A stretch of DNA of 64,000 nucleotides from Bacteroidota bacterium (GTDB taxonomy: Bacteria > Bacteroidota > Bacteroidia > Flavobacteriales > Flavobacteriaceae), in NCBI GenBank assembly GCA_039184335.1, contig JBCDBD010000012.1, positions 3,780 through 67,779 of the forward strand, read 5' to 3'. The number at the start of each line of letters is the position of its first letter. Positions within the stretch are counted from its first letter, which is position 1. The notes under the pieces were generated by a model that did no database searches, was not told where the DNA came from, and saw nothing but the letters and a program-made list of their open reading frames with translations. Positions 9,549-19,449 of this stretch are shown here, piece after piece. The position numbers were made by a program, and so were the translations under genes.

Positions 9549-10387
9549 TGGTTCCTGGAATCTATCGTCGTAGGCCTACGGTATGTGTGAAAGGGCTGTT
9601 TCAACAGTCCAGTGATACTGCTGTTTTCCTTTTCATCAGGAAAAGTATCTACGCCATAGGTGATTTTTTCAGTATCCAATTTCATGTAAGTGCCAAAAAG
9701 CCGATCCCAAATCGAAAAGATATTGCCATAGTTTGAATCGGTATAGGGCAATACAAAATGGTGGTGCACCTTGTGCATGTCAGGAGACACGATGATCCAA
9801 CTCAATACCTCATCGAGCTTTCGGGGCAGTCGAATATTGGCATGGTTAAACTGTGACAACACCACAGAAAGGCTCTGGTAAAGCATGATGACCCCGATAG
9901 GGGCACCAACCACAAAAACGCCCATCAGCGTAAATACATATCGAATCAGGCTCTCCAACGGATGGTGCCTATTTGCAGTAGTCGTATCCACGTTGTGATC
10001 GGAATGGTGTACCAAATGGATCATCCATAGGGGCTTGATCTTGTGTTCGACCCAATGTGCCGTATAGGCCCCAATTAAATCTAAAAGCAAGACGCCTAAA
10101 AAAACATAGGCCCACAGCGGCATTTCAGGCATCCAATTAATGATACCAAATTGATGTTCAATAGTCCAATCTGATGTCTTTAACAGCAGAAATGCCAACG
10201 GAAAATTCACGACAATGGTGGTCAACGTAAAAAAGAAGTTGGGTACGGCGTGCCGCCACTTTCTGTACTTTACGTCAAAAAGAGGCACAATACCTTCCAA
10301 AATCCAAAAAAACGTGATTCCCCCGACCAGAATAAGACTTCGATGTAGTGCCGGTATCGTTTCAAAGTAATTCATCAACTGCTCCAT
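9539..10387 (-). CDS. sterol desaturase / fatty acid hydroxylase family membrane protein
   Basis: Histidine boxes HWVEH, HLVHH and HKVHHH occur in a polytopic membrane protein. Confidence 0.8.
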   Translation of the reverse strand: MEQLMNYFETIPALHRSLILVGGITFFWILEGIVPLFDVKYRKWRHAVPNFFFTLTTIVVNFPLAFLLLKTSDWTIEHQFGIINWMPEMPLWAYVFLGVLLLDLIGAYTAHWVEHKIKPLWMIHLVHHSDHNVDTTTANRHHPLESLIRYVFTLMGVFVVGAPIGVIMLYQSLSVVLSQFNHANIRLPRKLDEVLSWIIVSPDMHKVHHHFVLPYTDSNYGNIFSIWDRLFGTYMKLDTEKITYGVDTFPDEKENSSITGLLKQPFHTYRRPTTIDSRNHQS

Positions 10388-10407
10388 AGCCCAAAGATAC
10401 GAAATCG

Positions 10408-10911
10408 TTATAGTTTAAGACGTTGTCCCATGGCCTCAACAATGCGGAAGGCTGCGGGACATATGGCTACATTCTTTAAGGTCAAATGGCCGATTTGGTG
10501 AAATTTCTTTCGATCGGTATGTGGAAATTCACGGCAAGCCTTTGGCCGTATATCATAGATCATACAATGGTTATCGGCCCCCAAAAATGTACAGGGCACC
10601 TCTTGAAGCACATAATCATTTTCTTCATCAAGCCGTAGGTACCGCTCGATAAAAACCGAAGGCTTTATTCGCATCGATTTTGAAATCCGCTGAATATCGA
10701 TATTGGTAAACAGGGGGCCTGTGGTCTTACAGCAATTGGCGCAGGTCAGACAATCCGTTCTTTCAAATTCTGCTTCATGGAGTTCTTGCATGACATAGTC
10801 CAGATTTTTGGGCGGTCTACGTTTCAGTTTGGCAAACAACGCTTTGTGCGAAGCATGTTTTTCTTTCGCTTTTTCTGGTAGATCTTCCAATACTGACAAC
10901 TTTATGCACAA
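10408..10911 (-). CDS. YkgJ-family cysteine-cluster protein (UPF0153)
   Basis: It has a CLTCANCC cluster plus downstream Cys residues typical of the family. Confidence 0.7.
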   Translation of the reverse strand: MCIKLSVLEDLPEKAKEKHASHKALFAKLKRRPPKNLDYVMQELHEAEFERTDCLTCANCCKTTGPLFTNIDIQRISKSMRIKPSVFIERYLRLDEENDYVLQEVPCTFLGADNHCMIYDIRPKACREFPHTDRKKFHQIGHLTLKNVAICPAAFRIVEAMGQRLKL

Positions 10912-11695
10912 ACTTAAAAATTTGAAATCGATTCCTCCTTTTTATGGCGATATTGTCTCAATTTTACAGCAAATTGTATTGATGGGCGATATTTGGGGCA
11001 AGGCCCTTTTAGATTATCAATTGGGCAACTATCAAGAAGATATTGTCACCTATTCTTCGTTGGATGAAGAAGACGTGATTCCCTTACCCTACCTATTCAG
11101 GAACTTTGACGAGATGCCGATGTTAGAGCAAAAAGCACTGCTTCGCTGTGAGGGGCATGTTCTTGATATTGGTTGTGGTGCTGGAAGCCACAGCCTTTAC
11201 CTACAAGAAAAGGGGTATGTGGTCACCTCACTTGATGTATCTGCCGGAGCGATTGCAACCTGCAAACTGAGAGGCATAAAAAATAGGGTTGAAAATTCAG
11301 TTTTAGCTTATTCAGGCACAAAATTTGATACCCTATTGCTGTTGATGAACGGTATTGGAATTGTGGGCCATTTGGCAAATATGGAGGTGTATCTGCAACA
11401 TTTCAAGACCCTTTTAAAACCTGAAGGGCAGATTTTGTTGGATTCCAGCGATATCATTTACATGTTTGCAAAAGATGCTGATGGTGGTCATTGGATCCCC
11501 AATGACAAGGGTTATTACGGGGAAGTAACTTTTCAAATGGTGTACAAAGGGGCTGAAAGTGGTTTTTTTCAATGGTTGTATCTTGATTTCAATACCCTTC
11601 AAAATGCAGCCCGAGCCAACGGGTACGATTGCGAACTCGTAAGCCATGGAAAACATTACGACTATTTGGCCAGGCTTACCTTGGCTTCATACTAG
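10904..11695 (+). CDS. class I SAM-dependent methyltransferase
   Basis: It has the VLDIGCGAGSHS motif I. I trimmed the start to M33 of the track ORF (ATG at 10904). Confidence 0.8.
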   Translation: MHKLKNLKSIPPFYGDIVSILQQIVLMGDIWGKALLDYQLGNYQEDIVTYSSLDEEDVIPLPYLFRNFDEMPMLEQKALLRCEGHVLDIGCGAGSHSLYLQEKGYVVTSLDVSAGAIATCKLRGIKNRVENSVLAYSGTKFDTLLLLMNGIGIVGHLANMEVYLQHFKTLLKPEGQILLDSSDIIYMFAKDADGGHWIPNDKGYYGEVTFQMVYKGAESGFFQWLYLDFNTLQNAARANGYDCELVSHGKHYDYLARLTLASY

Positions 11696-11733
11696 AAGCG
11701 ATGTATTGTCCGTTTTACTAAAAATCAAATGCT

Positions 11734-12537
11734 ATGAAAAAATATTTGTGTGCTCCCCTGGTGCTTTTGTTGGTCTTCACGATTGGATGTTCAGGAGATG
11801 ACAACCAAAACAATGGTTCAAGTAATCCCGTTGCAGACAATCCAACCAATTTTTTGGATATTGGGGCATCGGCCAATGACCTATTGTCCAATACCAATTT
11901 TGATGCCTTGGTGATTGAAGTAGCCTATGTATCTGGATTTCGCCCAACCAACGAAACCATGACGAATTTTGAAGACTACATACGTGAGCGAACGTTCAAA
12001 CAAAATATAGAAATTGTATATCGAGAGTTGCCCTCGCCCAATGAAGAAACACTGACCTTACAAGAAATATCAGATTTGGAAATTGAAAACAGGACCATAT
12101 ATAACGACGGTACCACAATAGCCGTTTATATTTATTTTGCCGATGCAGCCTCTGAAACTGATGACGAGGATGAGGGATTGGTCACCTTGGGTGCTGTTTA
12201 TAGAAACACCTCAATGGTCATCTATGAACAGACAGTACAGATACTTGAAGGGCTCAGCCCTACCATTTCGATAACCGATGTGGAAACGGCGACCCTCAAT
12301 CATGAATTTGGGCATTTGCTCGGATTGGTCAATCTGGGCACCCCTTTGACCAATGCGCACGAAGATCCCGAAGCAGAAGGCCATTGTGATATTGACGGAT
12401 GTTTGATGCAAGCCGAGCTAGAGTTTGGCGGTGCAATGATGCGTCTTTTGGAAAGCAGGACATCTAAAGGTTTGGTTGCCATTCCCGTATTGGATGCCGA
12501 GTGTATTTTAGATCTGCAAAACAATGGTGGCCGTTAA
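11734..12537 (+). CDS. putative zinc metalloprotease lipoprotein
   Basis: It has a lipobox (FTIGC) and an HEFGHLLGL zincin motif followed by a Cys-containing C-terminus. Confidence 0.65.
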   Translation: MKKYLCAPLVLLLVFTIGCSGDDNQNNGSSNPVADNPTNFLDIGASANDLLSNTNFDALVIEVAYVSGFRPTNETMTNFEDYIRERTFKQNIEIVYRELPSPNEETLTLQEISDLEIENRTIYNDGTTIAVYIYFADAASETDDEDEGLVTLGAVYRNTSMVIYEQTVQILEGLSPTISITDVETATLNHEFGHLLGLVNLGTPLTNAHEDPEAEGHCDIDGCLMQAELEFGGAMMRLLESRTSKGLVAIPVLDAECILDLQNNGGR

Positions 12538-12545
12538 TGCAACAC

Positions 12546-13211
12546 TTAAGGAATATTCAAATATTTATGGGTCTGCAATGATACCCTCCACCTGGGGTTT
12601 TGCATCACATAGTCGACAATCAATGGCGTAACTTTCTCACGTACGCTCCATTCAGGCTGCAGGTACAAGATGCAGTTTGGGCCTACTTGGGCGGCATGTT
12701 CCTCTGCAAATTTAAAATCGTGTTTGTTGTATACGATGACCTTGAGTTCATGGGCCTTTTGGTGGATATCACCCATGGGCAGTTTGTTTTTTTTGGGAGA
12801 TAGGCAGATCCAGTCCCAAACCCCGGTCAGTGGGTACGCTCCTGAGGTTTCTATATGTATTTGCAAGCCTTTTGCCTTTAAGGAATGTGTTAGCGGCCCC
12901 ATATCCCAGGTCAATGGCTCCCCTCCGGTAACCACTATGGTGCTGGAATAATCGGCAGCATTGGCGATGATACTTTCAATAGCCGTAGGCGGATGGGTCT
13001 CCGCATTCCAGCTTTCTTTGACATCACACCAGTGACAACCCACATCACAACCCCCAATTCGAATAAAATACGCTGCTGTACCCTTATGGAAACCTTCACC
13101 TTGAATGGTATAGAACTCTTCCATAAGTGGAAGCACCAACCCTTTATCCACCAAATCCATGACATTTTCTGTGACCATGGTGCAAAGATAGTACCCTGCC
13201 AACTCCCCCAC
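12546..13211 (-). CDS. queE: 7-carboxy-7-deazaguanine synthase (radical SAM)
   Basis: It has the CDVGCHWCD radical-SAM cluster and an LPLMEEFYTIQGEG N-terminal region. The start could be one of the internal Met residues. Confidence 0.8.
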   Translation of the reverse strand: MGELAGYYLCTMVTENVMDLVDKGLVLPLMEEFYTIQGEGFHKGTAAYFIRIGGCDVGCHWCDVKESWNAETHPPTAIESIIANAADYSSTIVVTGGEPLTWDMGPLTHSLKAKGLQIHIETSGAYPLTGVWDWICLSPKKNKLPMGDIHQKAHELKVIVYNKHDFKFAEEHAAQVGPNCILYLQPEWSVREKVTPLIVDYVMQNPRWRVSLQTHKYLNIP

Positions 13212-13223
13212 AAGGAGGAAAAC

Positions 13224-13733
13224 CTACTCCCTCTCGTCAAGGGAGGGTTGGGCAGGGGCCCTGACGGCAATCACATCAATTTCAATCTTGGCATTTCTGG
13301 CAAGTCCGCTCGCAGCAAAAGTGGTACGCGCAGGTTTGTTTGTAAAATATGGGACATATACCTCATTGAAGGCCCCAAAATCGTCCATGGTACTTAAGAT
13401 CACAGTGCACTTTACGACATTGTCCAAGGTCATACCGTGCTGTTGCAATACCTCTTTAATGTTGTTTATGGCTTGTTTGGTCTCTGCCTTGATACCCCCA
13501 ACAACCATGGTTCTCGTACTATGGTCCATACCGATCTGTCCGGCCAAGAAGAAAAGGTTGCCCGCCTCAACAGCATCGCTAAAAGGTGCATTCTGCTTCT
13601 TTACTTCGTGGGACTTGTGAAAAGTGATTTCTGTTTCTTCTTGGGAATAGGTGAATTTTATGGCCCCGACCATTAAAACAGTAAGTAAAAAATATCGAAA
13701 TGGTTTCATAGCCGTATTTTTAGATTTGCTCAA
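13224..13733 (-). CDS. RidA/YjgF family protein with N-terminal signal peptide
   Basis: The C-terminal 125 aa are RidA-like (PARTTFAASGLARNAKIEID). The N-terminus has a hydrophobic signal-like segment. Confidence 0.8.
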   Translation of the reverse strand: MSKSKNTAMKPFRYFLLTVLMVGAIKFTYSQEETEITFHKSHEVKKQNAPFSDAVEAGNLFFLAGQIGMDHSTRTMVVGGIKAETKQAINNIKEVLQQHGMTLDNVVKCTVILSTMDDFGAFNEVYVPYFTNKPARTTFAASGLARNAKIEIDVIAVRAPAQPSLDERE

Positions 13734-13756
13734 AATTACCCTATTTTTATCGGAAA

Positions 13757-15280
13757 TTGAATCTGATGCGCAACAAGGAAGATTTCTTTGCCCATATCGA
13801 GAAAGGGTATGCCACCACAGGGGAACATCTCACTTTCGGTGCGGGCATGGTCGATGGTAAAACTGTGAAAGGTGCTTTTGTAAAAGCCCCTCTCAAGACC
13901 CTCAACCGTCATGGCCTTATTGCAGGTGCAACGGGCACGGGCAAAACAAAGACCCTACAGGTAATGGCCGAAAACCTTTCTGAAAAAGGAATTCCCGTGT
14001 TGCTGATGGACTTGAAAGGTGATATAAGCGGTATTGCCCAACCAAGTCCGGGACATGCAAAAATCGATGAGCGTCACGAAAAAATCGGGCTTCCCTTTGA
14101 AGCCAAGGGATTTCCTGTTGAAATACTGACCCTTTCTGAACAGGACGGGGTACGATTACGGGCCACGGTATCGGAATTTGGACCGGTCTTGCTTTCCCGG
14201 ATTTTAGACCTCACCGTCACCCAAGAAGGTATTGTTGCCGTGGTCTTTAAATATTGTGATGACAATAAACTCCCTTTACTGGACTTAAAGGATTTTAAGA
14301 AGGTGCTGCAATATGCGACTGGGGAAGGGAAGAAAGAATTTCAAGCTGCTTACGGACGTATCTCTACCAGTTCAACGGGCACCATCTTACGAAAGATCAT
14401 AGAACTGGAGCAACAGGGGGCTGAACAATTTTTCGGCGAAAAATCGTTTGAGGTGGATGATTTGGTCCGGATAAACGAAAATGGCCTTGGTTATATCAAC
14501 ATCATCCGCTTGACCGACATACAGGACCGCCCCAAATTGTTCTCTACCTTTATGTTGAGCTTGCTCGCCGAAATTTATTCCACATTTCCTGAACAGGGTG
14601 ATAGTGATCGGCCCGAATTGATCTTATTTATTGACGAGGCCCATCTGATCTTTAAGGAAGCTTCAAAAGCACTTTTAGAACAGATTGAAAGCATCGTAAA
14701 ATTGATACGCTCGAAAGGTATTGGGCTGTACTTCGTCACCCAAAACCCTACCGATGTGCCCGATGCGGTTTTGTCACAGTTGGGGCTGAAAGTGCAACAT
14801 GCCCTTCGCGCTTTCACCGCAAAAGACAGAAAGGCCATTAAACTCACCGCAGAAAACTACCCCGATTCTGAATTCTATAACACAAAAAAGGTGTTGACTT
14901 CACTGGGTATTGGCGAAGCCCTGATTTCGGCCCTGGATGAAAAAGGACGACCTACCCCATTGGCCGCGACCCTACTCCGTGCACCGATGAGCCGTATGGA
15001 CGTGCTGACCGATAGTGAACTCAAAGAAGCCATAAGCACATCGAAACTGGTCAAAAAATACAATGATGACATCGACAGGGAAAGCGCATACGAAATCTTG
15101 AACGATAAAATCGTACAAGCCGAACGGGAAGCCGAAAAAGAGAAGGAACGAAAAGCAACTACTAGAAAAAGAACCACATCATCACGAAGAAGTACACGAA
15201 TGAACCCCGTAGTGAAAGTGTTGACCAGTGCCACTTTCATACGTGGGGTCCTCGGGGTTTTGAAAAAAGTGATCCGATAA
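13757..15280 (+). CDS. HerA-like ATPase, DUF853 (YjgR) family
   Basis: 507 aa. It has Walker A GATGTGKTKT, Walker B LILFIDEAH and a basic C-terminal tail. Confidence 0.85.
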   Translation: MNLMRNKEDFFAHIEKGYATTGEHLTFGAGMVDGKTVKGAFVKAPLKTLNRHGLIAGATGTGKTKTLQVMAENLSEKGIPVLLMDLKGDISGIAQPSPGHAKIDERHEKIGLPFEAKGFPVEILTLSEQDGVRLRATVSEFGPVLLSRILDLTVTQEGIVAVVFKYCDDNKLPLLDLKDFKKVLQYATGEGKKEFQAAYGRISTSSTGTILRKIIELEQQGAEQFFGEKSFEVDDLVRINENGLGYINIIRLTDIQDRPKLFSTFMLSLLAEIYSTFPEQGDSDRPELILFIDEAHLIFKEASKALLEQIESIVKLIRSKGIGLYFVTQNPTDVPDAVLSQLGLKVQHALRAFTAKDRKAIKLTAENYPDSEFYNTKKVLTSLGIGEALISALDEKGRPTPLAATLLRAPMSRMDVLTDSELKEAISTSKLVKKYNDDIDRESAYEILNDKIVQAEREAEKEKERKATTRKRTTSSRRSTRMNPVVKVLTSATFIRGVLGVLKKVIR

Positions 15281-15288
15281 CAAGCCAG

Positions 15289-15843
15289 ATGAAAAAAATT
15301 ACCGCGGTAATAGCCGTTTTGATATGTTTATGGTGTGTGCAGTGCGCCGAAAAGGACACCACTTTTTTGATAACCCCTGAAAGGGTGGGTAAACTGGACA
15401 AGATCAGTTTGGTCAGCGACCTTGATTTGATCTACGCAAATGATTCTGTGGTCAAAGACACTTTTCGCCTCAACGTAGGATCAAAGACCAGAAAAATAAA
15501 GATTTATGAAAAGGGGGGGAAACACTTATTGACCTTGACACCTAATCAAGATAGCATCCCCACCATTGAAAACATACAGATTTTCGATCCACGCTTTCGC
15601 ACCGCAAAGGGTATCGGTCTAAACGCCAACTTTAAGAAAATTCAAACCAACCATTCCATCAAAAAGATAGTGACCACACTCCACAGTGTTGTCATCTTTT
15701 TAAAGGACAGTGACATGTATTTCACCATCGACAAGCGTGAATTGCCGGCAAACCTTCGGTTCACCACATCATCCATAGAAGCTGTTCAAATACCCGATGA
15801 AGCCAAGATCAAATACTTTATGATCGGTTGGGACCAAAATTAA
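15289..15843 (+). CDS. hypothetical secreted protein or lipoprotein
   Basis: 184 aa with a signal peptide containing Cys (CLWCVQC). No recognisable domain. Confidence 0.55.
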   Translation: MKKITAVIAVLICLWCVQCAEKDTTFLITPERVGKLDKISLVSDLDLIYANDSVVKDTFRLNVGSKTRKIKIYEKGGKHLLTLTPNQDSIPTIENIQIFDPRFRTAKGIGLNANFKKIQTNHSIKKIVTTLHSVVIFLKDSDMYFTIDKRELPANLRFTTSSIEAVQIPDEAKIKYFMIGWDQN

Positions 15844-15927
15844 ACCGATTTCCGCACTTGTTAATTTATTCCCAACCAGTAGCTTTCTGTTTTTCGTTTT
15901 GGCTATTTTATTGCAAAACCTGCCAAA

Positions 15928-16899
15928 ATGAAAACAAGATTTTTTACTGTACTGGCCTATTTTTTAATATTGTCAACCCATGGCCAATATCCTTTTGAAC
16001 CTTCAATTGTGCATCCTTTCGGACTCCCAAACCCTGATGCACCAAAAGAGCTTTTGGATTTTGCCCCATTGATAGGAGAGTGCAACTGTACCTCTCAAGT
16101 GCGCAAAGCCGATCAAACTTGGGCCGAACCAGTACCTATGACCTGGCGGTTCAAATACATTATGAACGGGATGGCCATACAGGATGAAACCCTGAAAACA
16201 GATGGCACCTATTCAGGAAGTATACGACAGTTTATTCCTGATAGTACACGTTGGTACGTGCACTACTATAGTTTTCAATCACCTTCGACCAGCTTGCCGA
16301 CATGGGAAGGCAACAGAACAACGGATGGAAAAATCGTGCTTTACCGTGAACAAAAGGCACCGAACGGTATGGACGGTTCGTATCGACTTACTTTTTATGC
16401 CATTAACGAGCAAGGTTTCAAATGGATTGGGGAATGGGTGGATCCCACGGCATCTGTTGTTTTTCCAACGTGGAAGATTGATTGCAGTAATGGAAAAATG
16501 GCTTCGAAATCGAAACATGAAATGGACAAAGCAAAGATCATTGAAGCATCTAACAACTTTTCAAAAGCGTACCGAAATGCCGATTTGGAGGCTCTTATGA
16601 ATGTGTATACCGAAGACGCAAAAATATTTCCAACACGCCTTGACATTTTAGAGGGTGAGCAACTAAAGGAATATTGGACACCTAAAGACAACGGTTATAA
16701 AATTGTTCATCATAAAATCACTTCTGAACAGCTCCAGTTTTTTGGCAATTATGCACATGACTATGGCTACTATGAAGGAAAGACCCAAAAACCTGATGGT
16801 ACTGTCAATGATTGGAAAGGAAAATATGTGGTCATTTGGCGGAAAGAAAACGATCAATGGAAAATGTACCTTGATATCTGGAATGGGATCAACAACTAA
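15928..16899 (+). CDS. hypothetical secreted protein with C-terminal SnoaL/DUF4440-like (NTF2 fold) domain
   Basis: It has a signal peptide. The C-terminal pattern (ASNNFSKAYRNADLEALMNVYTEDAKIFP ... WKGKYVVIWRKENDQWK) is typical of DUF4440. Confidence 0.6.
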   Translation: MKTRFFTVLAYFLILSTHGQYPFEPSIVHPFGLPNPDAPKELLDFAPLIGECNCTSQVRKADQTWAEPVPMTWRFKYIMNGMAIQDETLKTDGTYSGSIRQFIPDSTRWYVHYYSFQSPSTSLPTWEGNRTTDGKIVLYREQKAPNGMDGSYRLTFYAINEQGFKWIGEWVDPTASVVFPTWKIDCSNGKMASKSKHEMDKAKIIEASNNFSKAYRNADLEALMNVYTEDAKIFPTRLDILEGEQLKEYWTPKDNGYKIVHHKITSEQLQFFGNYAHDYGYYEGKTQKPDGTVNDWKGKYVVIWRKENDQWKMYLDIWNGINN

Positions 16900-17318
16900 G
16901 CTAGGCCATACTTTTCACGATTGGCCAGCACTTTTGGACTGTTCTGTTGCATCCATTCTGTAAGTTCAAGTAACCGTTCTACATACGACTTGCCAAAATC
17001 GGTCAGACGGTATTCAACCCGTATGGGAACTTCGGCATAAGCCTTTCGAGAAATATAGCCATCGCCCTCAAGCACTTTCAGGCGTTGGCTCAAGACCTTG
17101 TTCGAAATACCGTACACGTATTTCTTTAGCTTATTGAAACGAAGCACTGGAAAATAGCCCAACCACAAAATGATCAAAATACTCCACTGATCAGAGGCCA
17201 CCGACATCACGTCGCGTACCGGACATAGTTCAGGAGGGTGCTTGTAATCGAGATGCCCAAACATTTTTTCTAACTTTTCTACAGTACTAATCGCTTGATT
17301 TTCAGTTACAGTTTCCAT
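16896..17318 (-). CDS. HxlR-family winged-helix transcriptional regulator
   Basis: The CPVRDVMSV...RFNKLKKYVYGISNKVLSQRLKVLEGDGYISRKAY...VEYRLT pattern fits HxlR. I trimmed the start to M40 (cat at 17316..17318) so it no longer overlaps the divergent hydrolase gene. Confidence 0.8.
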   Translation of the reverse strand: METVTENQAISTVEKLEKMFGHLDYKHPPELCPVRDVMSVASDQWSILIILWLGYFPVLRFNKLKKYVYGISNKVLSQRLKVLEGDGYISRKAYAEVPIRVEYRLTDFGKSYVERLLELTEWMQQNSPKVLANREKYGLA

Positions 17319-17415
17319 GATTTCACTTGGTTTTGAATGGGTGACCCCTTTTATGCTATGAAATGAATACGTATTTTTAGTTTCAATTAAAGAGTAAGTT
17401 ACAAAAAGTAACCAA

Positions 17416-18255
17416 ATGAAAAAACTGATTGCCAAAGCTCTTCCCCTGATCTACGGAAAATATTTTAACCTCATTGCTTTAGTATGCCCTAAAAAAGCCG
17501 CAGAAAAAGCATTTACCCTTTTTTGCACCATACGAAAAGGTAGGGTACTGCCCAGACAAAAAGACTTTTTAGATAATGCCAAAGCTGATGTGTTGCCCAG
17601 TGCAGGACATCAAATTCAAACTTATCAATGGCCAGGCAAAAAAGAAACCGTTCTTTTGGTACATGGGTGGGAGAGCAATGCGTTTAGGTGGCGTAATTTG
17701 ATAGAAAAACTTAGAGCGGCCGATTTTAATGTTGTCGCATTTGACGCACCAGGCCACGGCAACTCTTCAGGGCAAATGCTCTATGTACCACTTTATAGTG
17801 ATTGTTTGCAAGATGTGATACAAAAGTACGACCCCAAGTATCTTGTCGGCCATTCGGTCGGGGGAATGACCATTTTATACAATGATCACAAAAACCAAAA
17901 TGCAAAAATCGAAAAAATGGTGACCATTGGCTCCCCGTCAGAGTTTTATGAAATCATGGACCATTTTCAAGATGTATTGAAATTCAACCATCATGTCATG
18001 AAAGCGCTTGATGCTTACGTTTTTGAACGCTTTGCCATGCATATCAACGATTTTTCATCTTCGGTCTTTGTGGGTTCAAACACTAAAAAGGGATTGCTCT
18101 TTCATGACCGGTTGGACCAATTGGCACCTTACCACGCCTCTGAAAAAGTACATAAAGACTGGAAAGGCAGCAGGCTTGTATCAACGGAAGGATTGGGTCA
18201 TTCGATGCACCAGGAAGAAGTGAACGACCAAATCATTGAATTTTTGGAGACTTAA
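17416..18255 (+). CDS. alpha/beta hydrolase
   Basis: It has the nucleophile elbow GHSVGG, an HG oxyanion region (LVHGWES) and a C-terminal GLGHSMH. Confidence 0.8.
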   Translation: MKKLIAKALPLIYGKYFNLIALVCPKKAAEKAFTLFCTIRKGRVLPRQKDFLDNAKADVLPSAGHQIQTYQWPGKKETVLLVHGWESNAFRWRNLIEKLRAADFNVVAFDAPGHGNSSGQMLYVPLYSDCLQDVIQKYDPKYLVGHSVGGMTILYNDHKNQNAKIEKMVTIGSPSEFYEIMDHFQDVLKFNHHVMKALDAYVFERFAMHINDFSSSVFVGSNTKKGLLFHDRLDQLAPYHASEKVHKDWKGSRLVSTEGLGHSMHQEEVNDQIIEFLET

Positions 18256-18289
18256 AAAAGATACGCTAATTTTCAACAAAGTATAGCTC

Positions 18290-18712
18290 ATGCATACCAT
18301 CACTCCTTTTCATGTTGCGATTCCGGTTCACAACCTCGATGAATGTCGAACTTTTTACCGTGACGTTCTTGGTTGTGAAGAAGGTCGCAGCAGTGACCAT
18401 TGGGTTGATTTTAATCTGTTTGGGCACCAAGTGGTCATTCACTATAAACCCAAGTCACAGGAACAACTGCATACCAATGCCGTAGATGGAAAAAATGTTC
18501 CCGTACCCCATTATGGTGTGGTATTGCCCTGGAAGACCTTTCATTCCTTTTCAAGGGAACTGCAAAACAAAAAGGTCAATTTCATCATCGAACCGTATAT
18601 TCGATTTCAGGGCGAGGTGGGAGAGCAGGCTACCATGTTCTTTTTAGACCCTGCGGGAAATGCCCTGGAATTCAAGGCTTTTAAAGATATGTCGCAACTT
18701 TTTGAAAAATAG
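18290..18712 (+). CDS. VOC (glyoxalase/dioxygenase) family protein
   Basis: 140 aa. The N-terminal [22 protein letters not shown] is typical of VOC proteins. Confidence 0.75.
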   Translation: MHTITPFHVAIPVHNLDECRTFYRDVLGCEEGRSSDHWVDFNLFGHQVVIHYKPKSQEQLHTNAVDGKNVPVPHYGVVLPWKTFHSFSRELQNKKVNFIIEPYIRFQGEVGEQATMFFLDPAGNALEFKAFKDMSQLFEK

Positions 18713-18761
18713 TCGCCAATCCTACTTTTTCGAAAGCCGAAGATTCACATCTCCCTCGGCC

Positions 18762-19130
18762 TCAATTTTCGGGCAATCCTTCACTAACCCATTGATCAAC
18801 AATATTTCTTGTGGCTACGGGTAAGAGACCATCTTGGGGCATGGGGTTTGCCGTACTGTTTATTCTTCCCACCAAATCCCTAGTCTCCACTGAACTAACT
18901 ACATCTTCATAGGTGGTCAGGGGCATGGGGGCCCCATTTGTGGGTGGGTTTGAATGGCATGATGTACAAGAGGCCGACATAATTGGCCGAATATCATCGT
19001 CATAGGTAACGGTAACCGATACCCCATCATCATCTTCTATTTGCACTAAATCATCTTCGCTATCGTTCGAACAGGCATTGCCCAAAACAAGACAAAAGGC
19101 CAAGAGTGCAGGTTTCATAAGGTTTTTCAT
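18762..19130 (-). CDS. small lipoprotein with CxxCH motif (putative c-type cytochrome-like domain)
   Basis: It has a lipobox (LGNAC) and then CTSCH followed by a ...MP...W...G pattern resembling planctomycete-type cytochrome c domains. The start is taken at M8 (cat at 19128..19130). Confidence 0.55.
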   Translation of the reverse strand: MKNLMKPALLAFCLVLGNACSNDSEDDLVQIEDDDGVSVTVTYDDDIRPIMSASCTSCHSNPPTNGAPMPLTTYEDVVSSVETRDLVGRINSTANPMPQDGLLPVATRNIVDQWVSEGLPEN

Positions 19131-19449
19131 AGCAGACCATTTTAAAAACATATACCAAAATCAAAAGTTCAAAGTAAAATCTATCGATTTACCATTTGAG
19201 CTTTACTTTCATTGCTTTGCCCTAGGAAAAAGAACACTACTTACCATAACGACAGGTACAGTACTTTATTTTTTAACATTTATGGTTATTTCTACGCACC
19301 CCATAAGGATATCGGTAAAGCAACGTCAGCATTTGTGACCAATGTTCCGACCCAAATAAAAGCCTTTGGGACACCCCTGCACAAACTTCAAAAAAAATGA
19401 TGGTTAAAGTGTTTGAGGTAAAGGCTTCACATGCATTTTACATGTGGTG

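Noticed and set aside
19152-19449. A possible gene or ncRNA in the roughly 290-bp gap, including the 62-aa ORF 19212..19400.
   Set aside because: The ORF is Lys-rich with no motif, signal or coupling. I see no tRNA-like cloverleaf or extended conserved structure. A short CACATG...CATGTG hairpin near 19428..19446 is probably just the old terminator of the decayed DUF2306 gene.
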